This document shows positions 35,301 through 49,903 of a stretch of DNA of 64,000 bases, in pieces. Numbering within the stretch: position 1 is the first letter of the stretch; the number at the start of each line of letters is the position of its first letter. Below the pieces are notes generated by a model. The model was not told the DNA's origin, ran no database searches, and saw only the letters and a program-made list of their open reading frames with translations. The translations under genes were made by a program, and so were the position numbers. This DNA is from Diplonema japonicum (Eukaryota; Protista; Euglenozoa: Diplonemea): contig OZ025677.1 of assembly GCA_964019335.1 (NCBI GenBank), positions 310,001-374,000 of the forward strand, given 5' to 3'.

Positions 35301-38300
35301 CACAACTCTGCTCGGTGCCATATTCACATACTTTGTCGATGCAGGCAGAGCCATCTGCCGATAGTTCACATTTGGAGTTCTTGCTGCACTCGCCAGTAGA
35401 GAGAGAGCTGCACAAAACCAGAGGTTGCTTATAACACAGTTCTTTCATGGAAGACCAGGAACAACGATTTACAACGTCACTGCTGCACGCAACTTCGCCG
35501 CAATGTTGTAGGCAGGGGGAATCCGCACACGAGAGTGATGCTTCGTACCATACGCAACCGAGATCAGCCTCGCAGTAGCCTTGTTGCGTTTGCATTGTAC
35601 ACGGCTGGTGCTCCATGCTTGCGTTCTTAGCTACAAGACTGCCAAACCTGGTACTGGGGTTGCATATGTCACTGAGTACGCTCGACACCATGTCGATCTC
35701 AATGTTCTCAAAGTGACCGTCTTGTGGGGCAGACACAACAGGCTTCAGAGTCTGTTCTGCTTTGCTGTCTACCGTCGAGTGCGTGCTGAACCTTCTTACC
35801 ACCAATCCGAACACCTGTACGTTCTCTCTATCAAGTTCACCACGCACTTGTGAGAGAGAGCCCGTGTCATAAATCTGCCCGTCCACAATGATGATGAGCA
35901 CTCTTAGCCTCCCGTCGGCAGGTGAAGCATGGAACATCTGCACCACGTCACTCATCCCTTTCGAGATCATGGTCCCGCCACCGTAGTAGTTAGCTTCTTG
36001 CCAGTCGATGTCCGCACTGAGCTCTTGAATGTCTCCAGTAAGCCCCCCTGAGGAGCCAACACCGTTGGGAGTGGCCTGAGAATCGGCTCTCCCAGGGTCC
36101 GCTCCTACAGCATTCTTCCCTGAGAACTGCACAATACCAACACGCACCTGCTCATTGCTCTTCGAATTTATGCCAACAGTTGCTTTCTCCCTACTCAGGG
36201 GCAGGCCCTCGACCCAACTTCTGACCATCTCCATAATGGCTTCAAAGCCGTGCGGGTGACGCCCGAAAGATTGGCCAAAAGAACTGGAACCGTCAATCAA
36301 AAGCACAATGTCTGATGTAGGGCACAGCCCATATTTCTGAGCTGTGCAAAAGCCCTCTTTACTGTTCCAGAAACAATCAGAGTCCATGCTGCAGCTACAC
36401 TTATCAAACTTCCCGCACTCCTTTTCGACACACTTATCGTTCTCATACATACACATATTGCTACTCTTGCACTCTGCTTCATCGCTCTTCCTCGCACAGT
36501 GAGTTATGCTGCATTGCGAAGGTGCTACAGAAACGTCCCAGTAGCAGTCTGCGTCAATATTACAGCACCGTTCCCCTGCATGAACAGCACATGATTTCTG
36601 TGCGCATGCGCCATTCACCCATTGGCAGCGGGTGTCCTGCATGCATGACACTTCGCTTGTGAACACCGAAGGTTTGCAGGCCTTTATCTGGCAGGTGCTG
36701 CTGCAGCTGTCCCACTCACAAACATCAGAAATGCAGTCAGAAGGGCTGATAAATACACAAGGCTTTTCATTGCAAGACTTAGTTCTTGAAACCCACTCAC
36801 AAGCAACGTTCGTTTCGCACTCAACTTCACTTCCGTGATGACAACGTCTCTGAACACATTGTAAGTTCTTCCAATCGCATTGTACATCCGCCTCACATGA
36901 TACCTCATCGCTGTAGGCGCATGTAGCAACGCCCCAACAGGAACCTGTGGTAGAGTTCCACATACATCTATTTAATGTATCTGCAGCACAATTTGGCCGA
37001 TCGCAGTGGGCTATGCAAGGCGAGTCTACGCACGACCCCGACACACTGCCCCACAAACACCCAAGGTCACTGGCGCAATTGGCTAGAGTCAAATACTGTT
37101 GGCACGGTTTGTGTACGTCAATCTGGCTACTTTCAACAAGCTCCTGCCCCCATTGGCTATTCGGGTCGCACAGTGCATCCAAAACCAGCTTAGGCATGTC
37201 ACTGATTACAATGTTTTGGAAATAGTTGTCGTGCGGGTCAGAGGTGACATAGCTTAACACATCAGCGTCGATGTCCTCCTTTGTGCTCAGGGTCGCCTTC
37301 CTCAGAACTACTCCGAAAATCTTTACACCAATTAACGCTTGTTTCGCAGAAGCGACGGCCACGGAATCTTTCAAAGCACTGCCAGCCATAATAATAAGTA
37401 CCTTTTGCCTCGTAGAAGGAGAGGATTGAAACATTATAGAAGCCCAGTAGATCCCCATGGCGATGAATGTGTCCCCTTGGATATAGTTCGATTCGTGCCA
37501 ATCTATATCTGCATGAATCTCAGTTAGATTCCCAGTCAGCGAACCGGAAGAGCCTACGCCTACTGGGGTCTTCACAGCCTCGGGAACTGGCCCTGAGAAC
37601 TGGATGATTCCTAACCTCAAGCCTCCAGCAGGCGCTGTTGAGCTTCGTTCAACTGTGTGATCCTCACCAGTCAGGGGGACTGATTTCGCCCAATCCCTGA
37701 TCATTTCCATCATAGCATAGAAGCCGTGCGGGTGGCGCCCGAAGGATTGGCTCATAGAGAGCGAACCATCAAGAAGCATCACTATATCAAGCACAGGGCA
37801 CTGCCCATACTCCTCCTCTACGCACCTTGGCTGATGTGCCGACTTGTCCCAAAAGCACCTGTCCTCCAATATGCACGCGCAATGATTAAACTTGCTACAC
37901 CTTTTCTCCTCACACTTTGTCAGCACGGGGTCCCACATGCATTCATCTTCAACATCACACTCAGCAGACCCTTCATAGGCCCTACAGGGACGCTTTTTGC
38001 ACACGGCCGGTGAGCTACCAACATCAAAGTAGCAATCTGAATCCTTTAAGCACGCTTTCTCATTCGGGTACAACGCACACGGTGCAAGAACACAAGGGTC
38101 TAATGTCCCCCCAACCCAGTCACAGTACGGGTCTACTTCGCACAGAGACTCATTCCCATAGCTGCACTTCACAGTATCGCACTGCCCGCCCACCAAATGG
38201 GCCGTTCCGCTACACGCGGACATAGACAAATTCTGCGTTACTCCAAAGTTCCAAGTAAGGGTTCGCTTTTCGCCGTCATTCGAGGAAGTAGTAAACTCAA

Positions 38301-41300
38301 TGCTTGCCACCATTCTTGCGAGAATAATGCCATCAGAACCACTTAAAGTTATGGAGCCGCTTGACTGCCAATCGACTATCACCCCTTCTGCAGCGCACTG
38401 TGCACAGAGAAAAGAATCTTTCCCGTTTACGTAGCCATCACCGATATGGATAAAAGCCGCCTTGTGCGAAGCACATGAACAGCCAGCAGAGCAAATCGCG
38501 GCAGTAAATGGCTTAATGGGTACTAGTACCTCATAAGGAACAGTACCCGTGCCTGCGGAAGCATCCGAATACAGCCATTTGCAGCCATTTTCTGCATCAC
38601 AACTTGTTATCTTTGTGTGCTGACAAGGAGGAACCATACAAGTAGGGGTGGGGGCTTGTGCCCACTCACACTCATCCAGGTCCAGCTCGCATGCGAGCTC
38701 ATTGTCATGCTCGCATCTTTCAATAGGGGCAGGGCTGGGGTTGTTGATACACATCTTGCCGTTTGCCCAGGAGCACATATTACTTGCGTCGCACGCGGAT
38801 TGAGTGCAGTGCTTTAAACATGGTGAGTTTAAACATACGATGCCAATGTCTGACCAGATGCAGCCAGGGTCTTGGCTGCAAGTCATCCGCGAGATATAGC
38901 CAGAGCACGGGAGGTGCAAACCCGAAGATGGCGGCACAGGAGTCACAATGTGCTGTCCCCAATCGCCGTGGGTGTCACATATACCATTCATCAGAATGGG
39001 TATCTTATCAATCTCAACGCTTGCAAAATAGTCGGGGTTAGAAATGACTTGTTTCAACGCAGCCTCAGAATCGATCGAATATGTGCCAGTTCTCCTTACC
39101 ACGACGCCAAACACCTGTGCTGCCTCTTTGTTGAGCTCTGACATCGCCATAGGGATGTTGCTAAGGTCTTGTATCTGCTCGTCCACAAAGATGAAGAGCA
39201 ACTTCTTCCTCCCATCCATGGGGGAGTTATGGAACATGTTTACTGCCTTTATCAAACCTTGCTCAATCATAGTTCTTCGTCCCATGTAATTATCCTCATG
39301 CCAGTTAATGTCTTTCTGCAGCTCCGCATGTACACCTGAGAGCCTGCCACCTGTGCCCACACCAGCGGGGGTCACCCTTGCCTTGCTTTCTCCTGCATAA
39401 CTCGAGAACTGCACAATACCCACTCGCACACCACCGTTGTCCTTCCTGGAATTGCTCCCCACAGAAGCGAACTCCCCGTTCAAGGGCAGGGTCACGATCC
39501 AGTCTCTCATCATTTCCATAAGAGCGTCAAAACCGTGCGGGTGGTTCCCGAAGTTCGTAGACAGGGAGCCCGACCCGTCCAGCATCAGCACAATGTCAAG
39601 GGTGGGGCACTCGGCAAACTCAGCCGCCACGCAGACGCCTGCACCGGTCTTCCAGTAGCACTTGTCTCTCTGGTTGCAGGGACACATGGTGGGGTGAAGA
39701 GAGCACTCGAGGTCAGTGCATGCCGCGGGACTTGCTGCAGCGCTCCACATACAGTCACTCTGCTCATTGCACTTCTGCTCTGTTTTCATAGTGGGACATT
39801 TCTTAGATACGCACTGAACTGAGCTCGTGATGTCCCACCTACATAGCGCGTCGCTACCACAGCACCTCTCTTCGCTGTACTGTGCACAACCGTCACGGTA
39901 CTGGCAACCTGTTGCGTTCCACTTACAATGCAAGTCAGCTTCACAGTCTGTCTTTGCAAACTGGGTGCAGCTCCTCTGTTTACATTGCAGTTGTGCAGTC
40001 TTACCGCACACTGGATAGTCCCACACGCACAACCCATCAGCTACGCATTGTGACTGGTCACCCCAAGAACAAGGCTTCACGATACACGTGTCCTTGCCAT
40101 TCTGGTTTACCCATGTGCAGCCAGCACTATCAGCATAGCAATCTGCCTGATTCTTGTTTAGAGTGCACAGGGGTATTGCACATTTCCCGTTTTCCCACAT
40201 GCAGAGATCAGGGGAGCTATTACATTCTGCCTCGTTTGTGAAAACACATTGCATCATCCTCTTGCACTCCATTCCATTCCATGTGCACTGGTTTGAGGTT
40301 TCTTTCAAACACGCCGCCTCGTCACAGTACCTGATGCAAGGAGAGAAGCTGCATTCATTGTTCGCAGCATGCCATTCACATCCCTGGTCGGCACTACATA
40401 GGCTCTGGCTAAGATGGTGTGGACACGGGGCAGGCATTCCAGCATGAGTGGAAGTCGCGTTCTTAACAAACATTCGCCCGATCCCCTTGTTTGGATTGCA
40501 TATGCTTCTCAAAGTGTCGGGAATCTCGTCCAGCAGAAGGCTCTGGAAGAAAGCATCAACAGGGTAAGAAGTCACTAGCTTTAGTGCTGTCTCGGCATCA
40601 ATTTCGACCTTCGTGTGCGCCAATTGCTTGCGGATGACAACCCCGTAGACTTGCACGCCTTTTTGCTCAAGCACCGCCTTTGCAGAACCTAAGGCATCAG
40701 GGTCGTTTATCCTGCTATCTGTGAAGATGAAAAGCGCTCTCTGTCGCAAACCATGCACAGTGTCAAACATGTTGCCTGCCAGTGTGAGACCTTTCTCGAT
40801 CATGGTTCCCTGCCCTAGGTAGTTGGTTTCATGCCAGTCTAAGTCCGCGCTGATCTCTGCCAAGCTACCGGAGAGGTGCCCGCTAGCTCCTGTTCCACTA
40901 GGAGTTTGAATGGCCTCTGACTTCCCACTGCTTGACCGAGAGGGGTCAAACCCTGAAAACTGCACAAACCCAAGCCTCAATCCATTCACGAAAAAACCCG
41001 GCATCTGTTGTGTCTCGCCTGTGAGGGGAAGTGTTTTGGCCCAGTCCCTTATGACTTCAACGAGTCCGTAGAAACCGTGTGGGTGATTACCAAACCATGT
41101 ATCCATAGAACCCGAGCCGCCGAGTAGGAAAATCAAATCGGCTGTGGGACACTCCCCGTACGCCGTTTCAGTGCATTTAGCATGAACACTGTCCCAGAAG
41201 CAGTTTGGACTAGCCTGCTGGCATTGACATTTCATGAGTTCTCTGCAGTACTTTTCCACGCACCCCTTCTGCGTGTCCCACTTACACTTGTAATCGGAGT

Positions 41301-44300
41301 CACAATACTTTTGCATTGCCGCTTGATAAGTCTTCGGACAGTACTTCTCTTCGCAGATAGGAGAACTTGCAGCAGTGTCCCAATAACAGTTATCATCGTG
41401 GCTGCAGCATTTCTCGGTTGGATATTTTGCACACTTTGCAAGCTCACAAGTGAGTGTGCTTGACCATGTGCACCGCGTGTCCTTTATGCATTGATCTTGG
41501 CTTTGATGCTTGCATTGCTTCAGCTCACACAGTTGATCACTTGAACAAGCGCTGTTCCACTGGCACTTGCTGTCAGCTGTGCATGATGTGACATTATGGT
41601 AGCAAGGAGTCTCTATGCACGTAGCACCAGTCAGTGTTACTTCCCATGTGCACTTTCTTCCTAAACTATTGCATGCACTCTGACTTTCAACTTGGCAGGA
41701 CTTCTTTGGCCACGCATAACAAAGACTGTGAATCGTGTCCCATGCACACTTGCTGTCCGACAAGCACTCAGCCTGGAAAAGGTGGGCCTCGCAAACTGTC
41801 TTTGAGCATAGCTGGTTCTTAGTGCTAAATATGCATTTATTTGCTGCGTCTGCAGTGCATTCCGCTTCGTTGCAGTGGCGCACGCAAGGGTGGGCTTCAC
41901 ACAATGCAGTAATAGAGTTCCACTGGCATGTTGATTGTGCTATACAATCAGTGATACTTTCAAACATATCACAAGATGGCTCCGAGCTTTGCTTGCTGAC
42001 AAGCGCGCCAAATATGCTTCTCGGGTCGCAGAACTCATCAAGCATCTTATGTACGTCGTCTATCTGCATCATGAGGGCACTCCCATCCTTTACAATCTTT
42101 CTCAAGGTTTCCAAACTCTTCCAATCAACAGAAGTAGGTTGGTTTGCCCTCGTTAGCGCGATACCAAGAACCTGGATGCCCTTTTCAGCAAGCAGCCTTA
42201 GATTTTCGTCTAGTTTACCGGTATCCTGGATGATACCGCTAGTGAAAATCAAAAGGACCTTTCTCCTGTTGCTAGGGGATTCTTTGAATACTTCGCCAGC
42301 AAATTCCATCGCTTCCTTTATCCTCAAGGCAGGTGGCCCGCGGACCGCTCCTTCGTGCCAATCTAAGTCTGCAAAAACTTGCTCTTGCACACCTGTTAAC
42401 TTACCGCAATGGTCAGCGGGTCGGTTGCTTCCCTTCGTGTTCATAGAACTTCCAGTAGGGATGCCATCACCAGTACTTGCTAAAACGGGGTTACAAGCAC
42501 AGTCGGGACACTCGGCCAACCTCACCCCTTGCCCCCACTCGCTGAATCCAACTCTGACGCTCCCACTAGTATCAGTTGAGGGCTGTCCAGCTTGCTCTCC
42601 TGTGAGTGGGAGCACGGCCACCCAGTTCCTGATGGCCTCCATCAGTGCTTCAAATACACTAGGATGGAATCCAGACACGCCATCCGAACTGCTGAAGGTC
42701 ACCACCAAGTCGAGGTCGGGGCACTGTGTGAAGCGCTGATCTCTACACGAAGACGCAGAGCGATCCACCATGCACTTCGGGTCAGCTTGGCAGTCACACA
42801 ATTCATGTGCGGCATACGAAGCGCACGTTTTTGCGATACACTTGTTGGTCGATGCATCCCACGTGCAGGTCCCACTCGAGTCAGACCTGCAAGAAGCGGC
42901 ATCGTTGAAAGTGGCGTAGCAGTATTTCTCAATACAACCTGCGCACCCTGTAGGATCCCACTGGCAGTCACTGTCGTGATAGCATGTAGCCTCGCTCGCA
43001 TACTGATAGCACTTTGACTCACTACACACAGAGTTACTCGGGTCCCACTTGCAAGCAGCGTCGGAAATGCATGAATTCTCATCTGTCACGCGGCAGCGCA
43101 CCGCGTGGCATAGATTACTGTAGCTGTCCCACTGGCATGTACTGATGGCCTCGCATTGTATTTTGGTGGGCTTTCCACAAACGTTCGCTACGCAGCTGTC
43201 AGATGCACACTCCCACTTGCAGTGGCGACTCGCATGATTTAAGCAGTTTAGATTGTCGACTATTGAGGCACAGTCGGGAAGAAGCTCCACACATGCTAGT
43301 GTGTACGTATCCCACAAACAACCGGTAGCTGCGTTGCAAGTTCCCGGTGTTATGTGCTGACATTCTTTTGGCTTGCATTCCGCAACAGAGGTGTCCCACA
43401 CGCACAGCAGGTCGGTACAACCAGCCTTGTCTGGAGCGTTGCACATCTTTCTTTCGCAAGTTTCCACGTTCCAGAAGCAGTTTATATCGGCATTGCAACT
43501 AAATTCATCACAATGTGGCTTGCAAGCACTATCAATGCACTGACCGTCAGCGAGGCTACTTGAACCAGCTGCGCAGAGGATTGCGCCTTCAGACAGCTTG
43601 CAATTCGTGCAGTGCATCCCTGCCTCAATCTGAGAAGCGGGAAGCTCCATGCAATTCAAGTTCGTACAACCATTATTCAAGCACGATACTGGAAGTTGTT
43701 TCCAATCGCAAGCTTGGTCAGACCTGCACGTGGACTTCGATCCTCGTTTCGAGCAGGGGACGGTGCTTGGGCTCAGCTCACCCATCTGCTTGAATGATCC
43801 AAACCATCCCTCAGGTTTGCAGAAGTCGCTGAGCACGTAGGGCATGCTGTCGAGTGGCACGTTGACGAAGTCTTTGGTGGCGAAGGTGGTGAAGGTCCTC
43901 GCTGTGGCCTCAGCATCAATATCTGTCTGCGTGTGCTCAACCGTCTTTCTTACAACTACACTGAATATCAAGACATCTTGCGCCAAAAGAAGCTGGACAA
44001 TGCTAGGCATCAAGGTTCTCTCAGGCTCTAATGGGTTCAAGCTCCCTTCGATGATGACGAGAGCAATGCGCTCACGGTGCGCAGGCGAATCACGGAATAT
44101 CTGGTTTGAATACTGTAAGGCAGCCGACAGGGACGTGGCAGTACCACCCATGTAATTGGCCCCATGCCAGTCAAGATCTTGTTGCAATTCAGCGAGTTCT
44201 CCAGTGAGCCTGCCATCAGAACAGGTTGCTTGCGGGGAGGGTTCTTTGCACCCCGATAAATGCACAGGGCACCCACTGCCATCGTTCTTGCAGACCCAGT

Positions 44301-47300
44301 ACTCGCCATCTATGGAGAACTGCACCAAGGCGACACGTAAGGTTCCACCTATTGCCGTAGAACGTGTCCCAGTCGTGTGACCTTCTCCGGTAAGTGGCAA
44401 CATTCCCATCCAATCCCTCAACATCTCCAGGACTCCATGATAGCCGTTAGGGTGGGTCCCGAACGTCGTTTCCATCGAACTAGAACCATCGAACAATACA
44501 GCCACGTCAAGGTCAGGGCAGCTGGACATTTGTATGTTTTTGCACCCAAGATTTTTATCCCAGTAACAGTTTGCATCGCTGCAATCGCAGCTTGTGGAGT
44601 GGTCTGAGCAACGTACTGGAGCGCAGTATTGCCCCTTTGAATCGGTGCCAACTTTGCAGGTTGGATCGTTAGTGCAAGCCATTTGGTCGATAGTACTTGG
44701 GTATCGCGAGGTGTAAGCCTTTGTGCAAACGGTCTCTTGACATGTCCCAAAACTCCAGTGGCACCTTAGGTCGCGGTTGCATATCATCTCGCCCGTGTAT
44801 TCTGCGCAGTAGTCTCTAAGGCAGGTACCGAAGTCCCAGAAACAGGTCGTACTCACTGCGCACTCCGCACTGTTCAAGAGCTGGCATCTATCTTCAAAGC
44901 ACGTCGAGTGTTCTGAGTCCCAGAAACACCTGTTGCAATCCTTGTTGCAGTCAGATAGAGTTGCAGACGTACACTTCTTCTCCTTGCACATGGTACCTGA
45001 CCAACTGCATCCCATGTCTACAGAGCAAGAACCAGGGTCAGGATACATGCAAGTGGTTTCTCTGCAGCGAGAGATAGAACAGTCCCACTCGCAGTTCGGG
45101 TCACCCGTGCACGAGGTCATACTTGCTGCAGAGCAGGCGGACACCCGTTTGCAGAAAGGAGGGTCTATGGAAGTGTCCCATTCGCAGCTATCTGCGCTGG
45201 TTATGCATATGTTCTGCACGAATATCGAGCTGCATGACTTCAGCTTGCACGTACCCCCGTCCCACTCGCACAGCAAGTCAGGATCATTCATACATGAATC
45301 TTGGTCTGTGTAATCGCAAACCTTCCTGATGCACATGTCTCCCACCATGCTACATTCAGGATTAATCAAGCAGCCCGTTTTGTCGCAGTTTTTCGTACAT
45401 GCAGACCTTACGCAAGCACCTGAAATTGATGATAGCACTGAAGCACCGCAGATGACGGTGGCTCTCTGCAGTTTGCACTCGCTACAATCATACAGGCCTC
45501 TGTACTGATGTGGTACCTCCTGACAGTTCAGCTGCGGGCATCCAGTGGCTGAAGGGCATGTCGTGAGCTTCGATGTCCATTCGCACAATGGGTCTGTATT
45601 GCATTCGTCCTTGAATCCCCATGTATTGCATTGGTAGCGGGCTTCTGTTGGAGCGTACATTGCCTCGCCAAACATCGAGCTCGGGTGGCAAAAGGGCTTC
45701 AACACCTGTTCTGAAAGATCGTCCAGCATGATATTGACGACATTAGAATCTTTTGGGTCGCTCACAAGAGGCTTCAGCTTCATCTCAGCATTGCTGTCTT
45801 GGAAGGTGTGGTAGGAGAACCTCCGGATCACGACCCCGAACACCATCGCTCCTTCGGTGCGGAGTTTCTGCTGTGCGTCATTCAAGGCATCAAAACTAGC
45901 AGGTGTCCATTTAGAGTCGCACCCACTAGGGCACTGGCCACAAGCAGTCCCACTGCAAGCATCACCGTCGTAGTCAGTGATACCTCCATCAAGGATGATC
46001 ACCACCACGCGCTTCCTGTGAGGGGGGGATTGGGTGGGGAGGAACGTGTGATCTGCAACTGCACTAAGTGCGTTGGCGAGATACTTCCATCCTGACTGGA
46101 AGTTTCTTTCGTGCCAATCAATGTCACCCATCAGCTCACTTAAACTCCCAGAAGGGAGCCCGCCGCTGCACTGGCCAACAGCACAGACGTTGGGATAAAG
46201 AGGTGCCTGTTTCGGGAATTGAATAAATGTAACACGGAAACCACCCCTCGCGGTAGATGCGGCTCCCACGGTGTGGTCTTCCCCCGTGAGCGGGATTGTT
46301 CCTACCCAGTCCCTCAGTGTTTCCAGCAGCCCATAGAATCCGTTTGGGTGTCTCCCAAAGGACTGTGACATTGAACCCGACCCATCGATCAAGAATGCTG
46401 CATCTATGGCAGGACAGGTAGAGTATGAAGTCGAAGTGCAGCGCCTGAGGTCCGCAGACCACGAGCACCTTAAATCTTGTTTGCACGCACACTGGTCCAT
46501 TTTGTGAATTTCACAAAAGGAAGCCATAGTACAGACAGCATCCCACTTACACTGCGGATTAGTTGCGCATGCTGCTTGCGTCCCATACGTCCCGCATTCT
46601 GTTGGCAAACAAATCGCTGGGCTTACAGATATGTCCCACTGGCACGCCTTATCTTGCTTGCACACGAATACGTTAGAATGCATGGCACAAGGCAAGACTG
46701 AACAGGTGGTCTGTAAATCATCCCATTTGCAATATGGATCATTTTCGCAAAGCTGCACAGTAACATGCTTGCACTTCTCTTCTGTACAGTACTGAACGAT
46801 GGCAGAGGGGGGGCCGGGTTGCGAAAAAGCCCATTGACATCCTGTCTCGGCAATACACGTAGCCTCTGTAGTGCGCAAGCACTTTTTTGAACTGCAACTC
46901 GATCGAAAAGTGTTGAACTCACATATATTAACAAAGCAATAACTGGGGTCCCAAGCAGGAGGAGTGCAAGCAGTGGCTTCTAAAGCAACCGCGCTGCAGG
47001 ACTCCTGTTCGGTGTGGGCCCAGCACGGGTTTTCTACACAACTATCCGCAGGCCCCCACATCGTATTCCACAAGCACTTGATGTCCTGTTGGCACGATGC
47101 TGCGTCCGTGTGTCCCGAGCAATGAAACTGCTCCCTGCGACAGGACTTCCCATCCCATGCACATCCAGTCTGTGATGCACAGGAAGACTCCATGCAGGAA
47201 GAGTAACAGGCAGATACCTGGCAAAGAGGGGTCTTCTGATTATTCCAATGGCAAGTAGTATTTGCCATACACAAATATTCAGTCACCAAATCTCCACAAG

Positions 47301-48660
47301 TAGGGGCGCTAACAGCAGTGGGATTAAAACAAATACCCAGCGAATCATCCCAGGCACACAGTGGAGAGGACTGCACGCACGCACACTTGTCAGTTACTTC
47401 GTCACACACTAAGGTCTGACATTTTGAATCCCAAATGCACGGCCCGCTAGGGGTTTTGTCAGCGTTGCAATCTAACTGAGTGCCGTATTTATAGGTCATT
47501 GCGCAATAGTTGTCCACACACTGCGGTGGACCTCTCGTCGAATTATCCCAATCACAAGCTGCGTCGGCTTTACAAGTAGCCATATCTGCATGAGCAAAAC
47601 ACCCGTTCTCCACGCACTTCTGAGCGACCCATTTACAAGAGCCCGCCGGGAGGCGTGCCTCGCACGACCCCTCGTTGTAAGTAGCACATCCAGCTAGCAC
47701 AATCAACGTCTCATACACATCACTGAGGCTCATGATCAAGTCACCCACCCCGCCCCACTCGCACACGTAACCTTCAACCAGACCATGCTGAAGGGGGTAA
47801 TCGTACCATTCGCCTGTGTCTTTCAAGTACCCGTAGTTCCCCTTCGTGTCATCCACATTCGGTTCGCCAGACGCCCAATTTGAGTAGGCACCCGAGGCTG
47901 TAGCAAAGCCCGATCCTTTCCCAGAGCCAATGAAGGTGCCATTCCGGCAATCAGGCCCCTTGCAAGGGTTGCCTGACACCGGGAGGGGAAAACCTATATT
48001 GCAAACGGATCTACTGCTGCTCATGAGATCGTAAGGGGGGCACCCTTCAGGGCCTGTCAGCCAGCGCCACTTGCCGTCTGTTGTGATGTCTGCACCCCCG
48101 AGCCAACCCATTCCTTGCAACTTAGCAGCAACGTCCTGCTCAGACTGCGTTGTGATAGTGACGAGATATCCCGCAAGGCCGAGGAGATCATTCGACTTGT
48201 CTTCGCATTTGAGCTGTGCATCATCCCAGCGGTAGTTGCCCGAGTAGGATTTGTAGAAGTGCCCTGTGTGAGTGGAGTACACGGCATGTCCAAAGTTGTA
48301 AGTCAGGCGGCGAGCAGTGCCTGCTCTTGAGGTAGACGTGAAAGTCACGTCGGCGATGGCATCTGAGTACGTTTGGATGGCGGACGTGCCAGAGAGCTGC
48401 AGGACGCCTGTTGTGGCATCGAATGCAGCAACGATACCCAAGGTGGGGCACATATCGCAAGCCAGAATATCGGTGGCGGTATCGAAACCGTCTTCAATAC
48501 TTACAAAAGAGCCTTCAATCATAGTCTGGCACCCTTCACCAGGTATGAACATGATACTTGAACAGTTAATGAATGGGAAGGGCTGCATAGGGGCCCCCCT
48601 GTCATACAAGACGGCATGGCAAGATGCTGTCAGCGACAACAACAGTGTCGCACACCGCAT
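26351..48660 (-). CDS. Giant type I membrane adhesin-like protein (~7,425 aa): signal peptide, 2 Ig-like + C-type lectin modules, 11 VWA domains, many Cys-rich CxxDxxCxW repeats, mucin-like stalk, TM; exons 48660-26470 and 26437-26351
   Basis: 22-kb open frame. VWA starts such as FLIDGSGSM, each followed by FGxHPxG(F/Y) or a variant. CTL motifs GWLGG..WRW..WASGEPN..YVCEW. PT/ST repeats at about 26600-28200 and TM VIVILAVIAGVLGTLCLVFGFMWW. A 32-nt GTATGT..CAG intron (26469-26438) gives the acidic tail KYDENDFVEM...VIAT. Confidence 0.93.
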
Positions 48661-49903
48661 GGAGCTTTTGTTTTTTTTTTACCTATTGTGCGTTTTGGAG
48701 AAGAGTCGTACCGAATATAAATTCCAAAAATAGAATTCGACAGGTGTTAACCGACAAGATGATAAATCACTTTCAGCTATGTTGCATTTGAAAATACACT
48801 TGGTTAGCGAGAGAACAAGCCAGCTCTGTACCTGAAAAAAGATCTTCGATTCTAACGCAAAGACACGAGATCGCATTCGAGTCTAGTAATGCTGTTGATA
48901 CCTGCTGTGCCCGAACACTGCTTGTCACTGCCCAGCTATCCGGCGGCATCTCACAACAGTGCTCCTGTCTCCTTCGTTCATTTCGGAGATGCAGAATTGG
49001 AGCTGCGTTTTCGTGGGGATAGATAAGTCAAGAGACACGCTATACCCGCAACACGACAGGAAGCCCCCGCAACCTGGAGAGAACTGTGTGTGAACTGCGT
49101 CTCCAAGGTTGCTTTCAGAACACAAAGCTCAGTCTTAGACGCGAACCTACACCCTAAACCAACCCCTCAAGCAGCTTGTTGGTGAAGTGTTCACTCAAAA
49201 TATAAGATGCAGGACCCACAGTGTCGCGGAAGTGTTTTACCAGTCGTATAGCCACTGTCAACACAGGCCGCACACCTTTTCGAAGCTGTTCAACAGCAGC
49301 ATTTTTAATTGAGCTGTAGTTAGACAGCAGAGGCAGAACAACAACCACTTAAATAAAATAAGGTAAAACTAACCACGGGTTCGCGTTCTACTCATAGTTG
49401 AAAAAAAGTTGTCTCGATTTTAGTGGTGCCATGCAGTATGTGACACAGCGGCCACCCTTGTGAAACTTCGCCCCGAAGCCTCCCAAGTCCCTGTGGTCCC
49501 GTAGAAAGTAAAAGTGGAGAGGTAAAGAAAGCTTGGAAATTGAAATAGGGAGAGGGGCCACAGAAGCAATTAAACACCAACTAGAGAGTTGTGGGAGGCT
49601 TGCTTCACTGGCACGATGCCGCGGGGAGGCTACTTGCCTGACCTGGTGAAGCCACCTCCTTGTTCGATGTAATGGGATAAGGGACTCTCCGTTGAGGGCG
49701 ATGCTAACTGGCGCCACGCGTAGGGTGGGCTCTCCACCCCCGTCCAGGTTTCCCCACGTGTACGGCTTTAGAACGAGAGTTTCCCTTTCGCTTGTGTTTC
49801 TCCAAACCACAATTACCAGGAACCACCACAGGGAGGTTGGAAACATTGGTCCCCCAAAAAAAGCATGATCAAATGCAAAGGCTAGTGGATTTTAATTCAA
49901 TTG

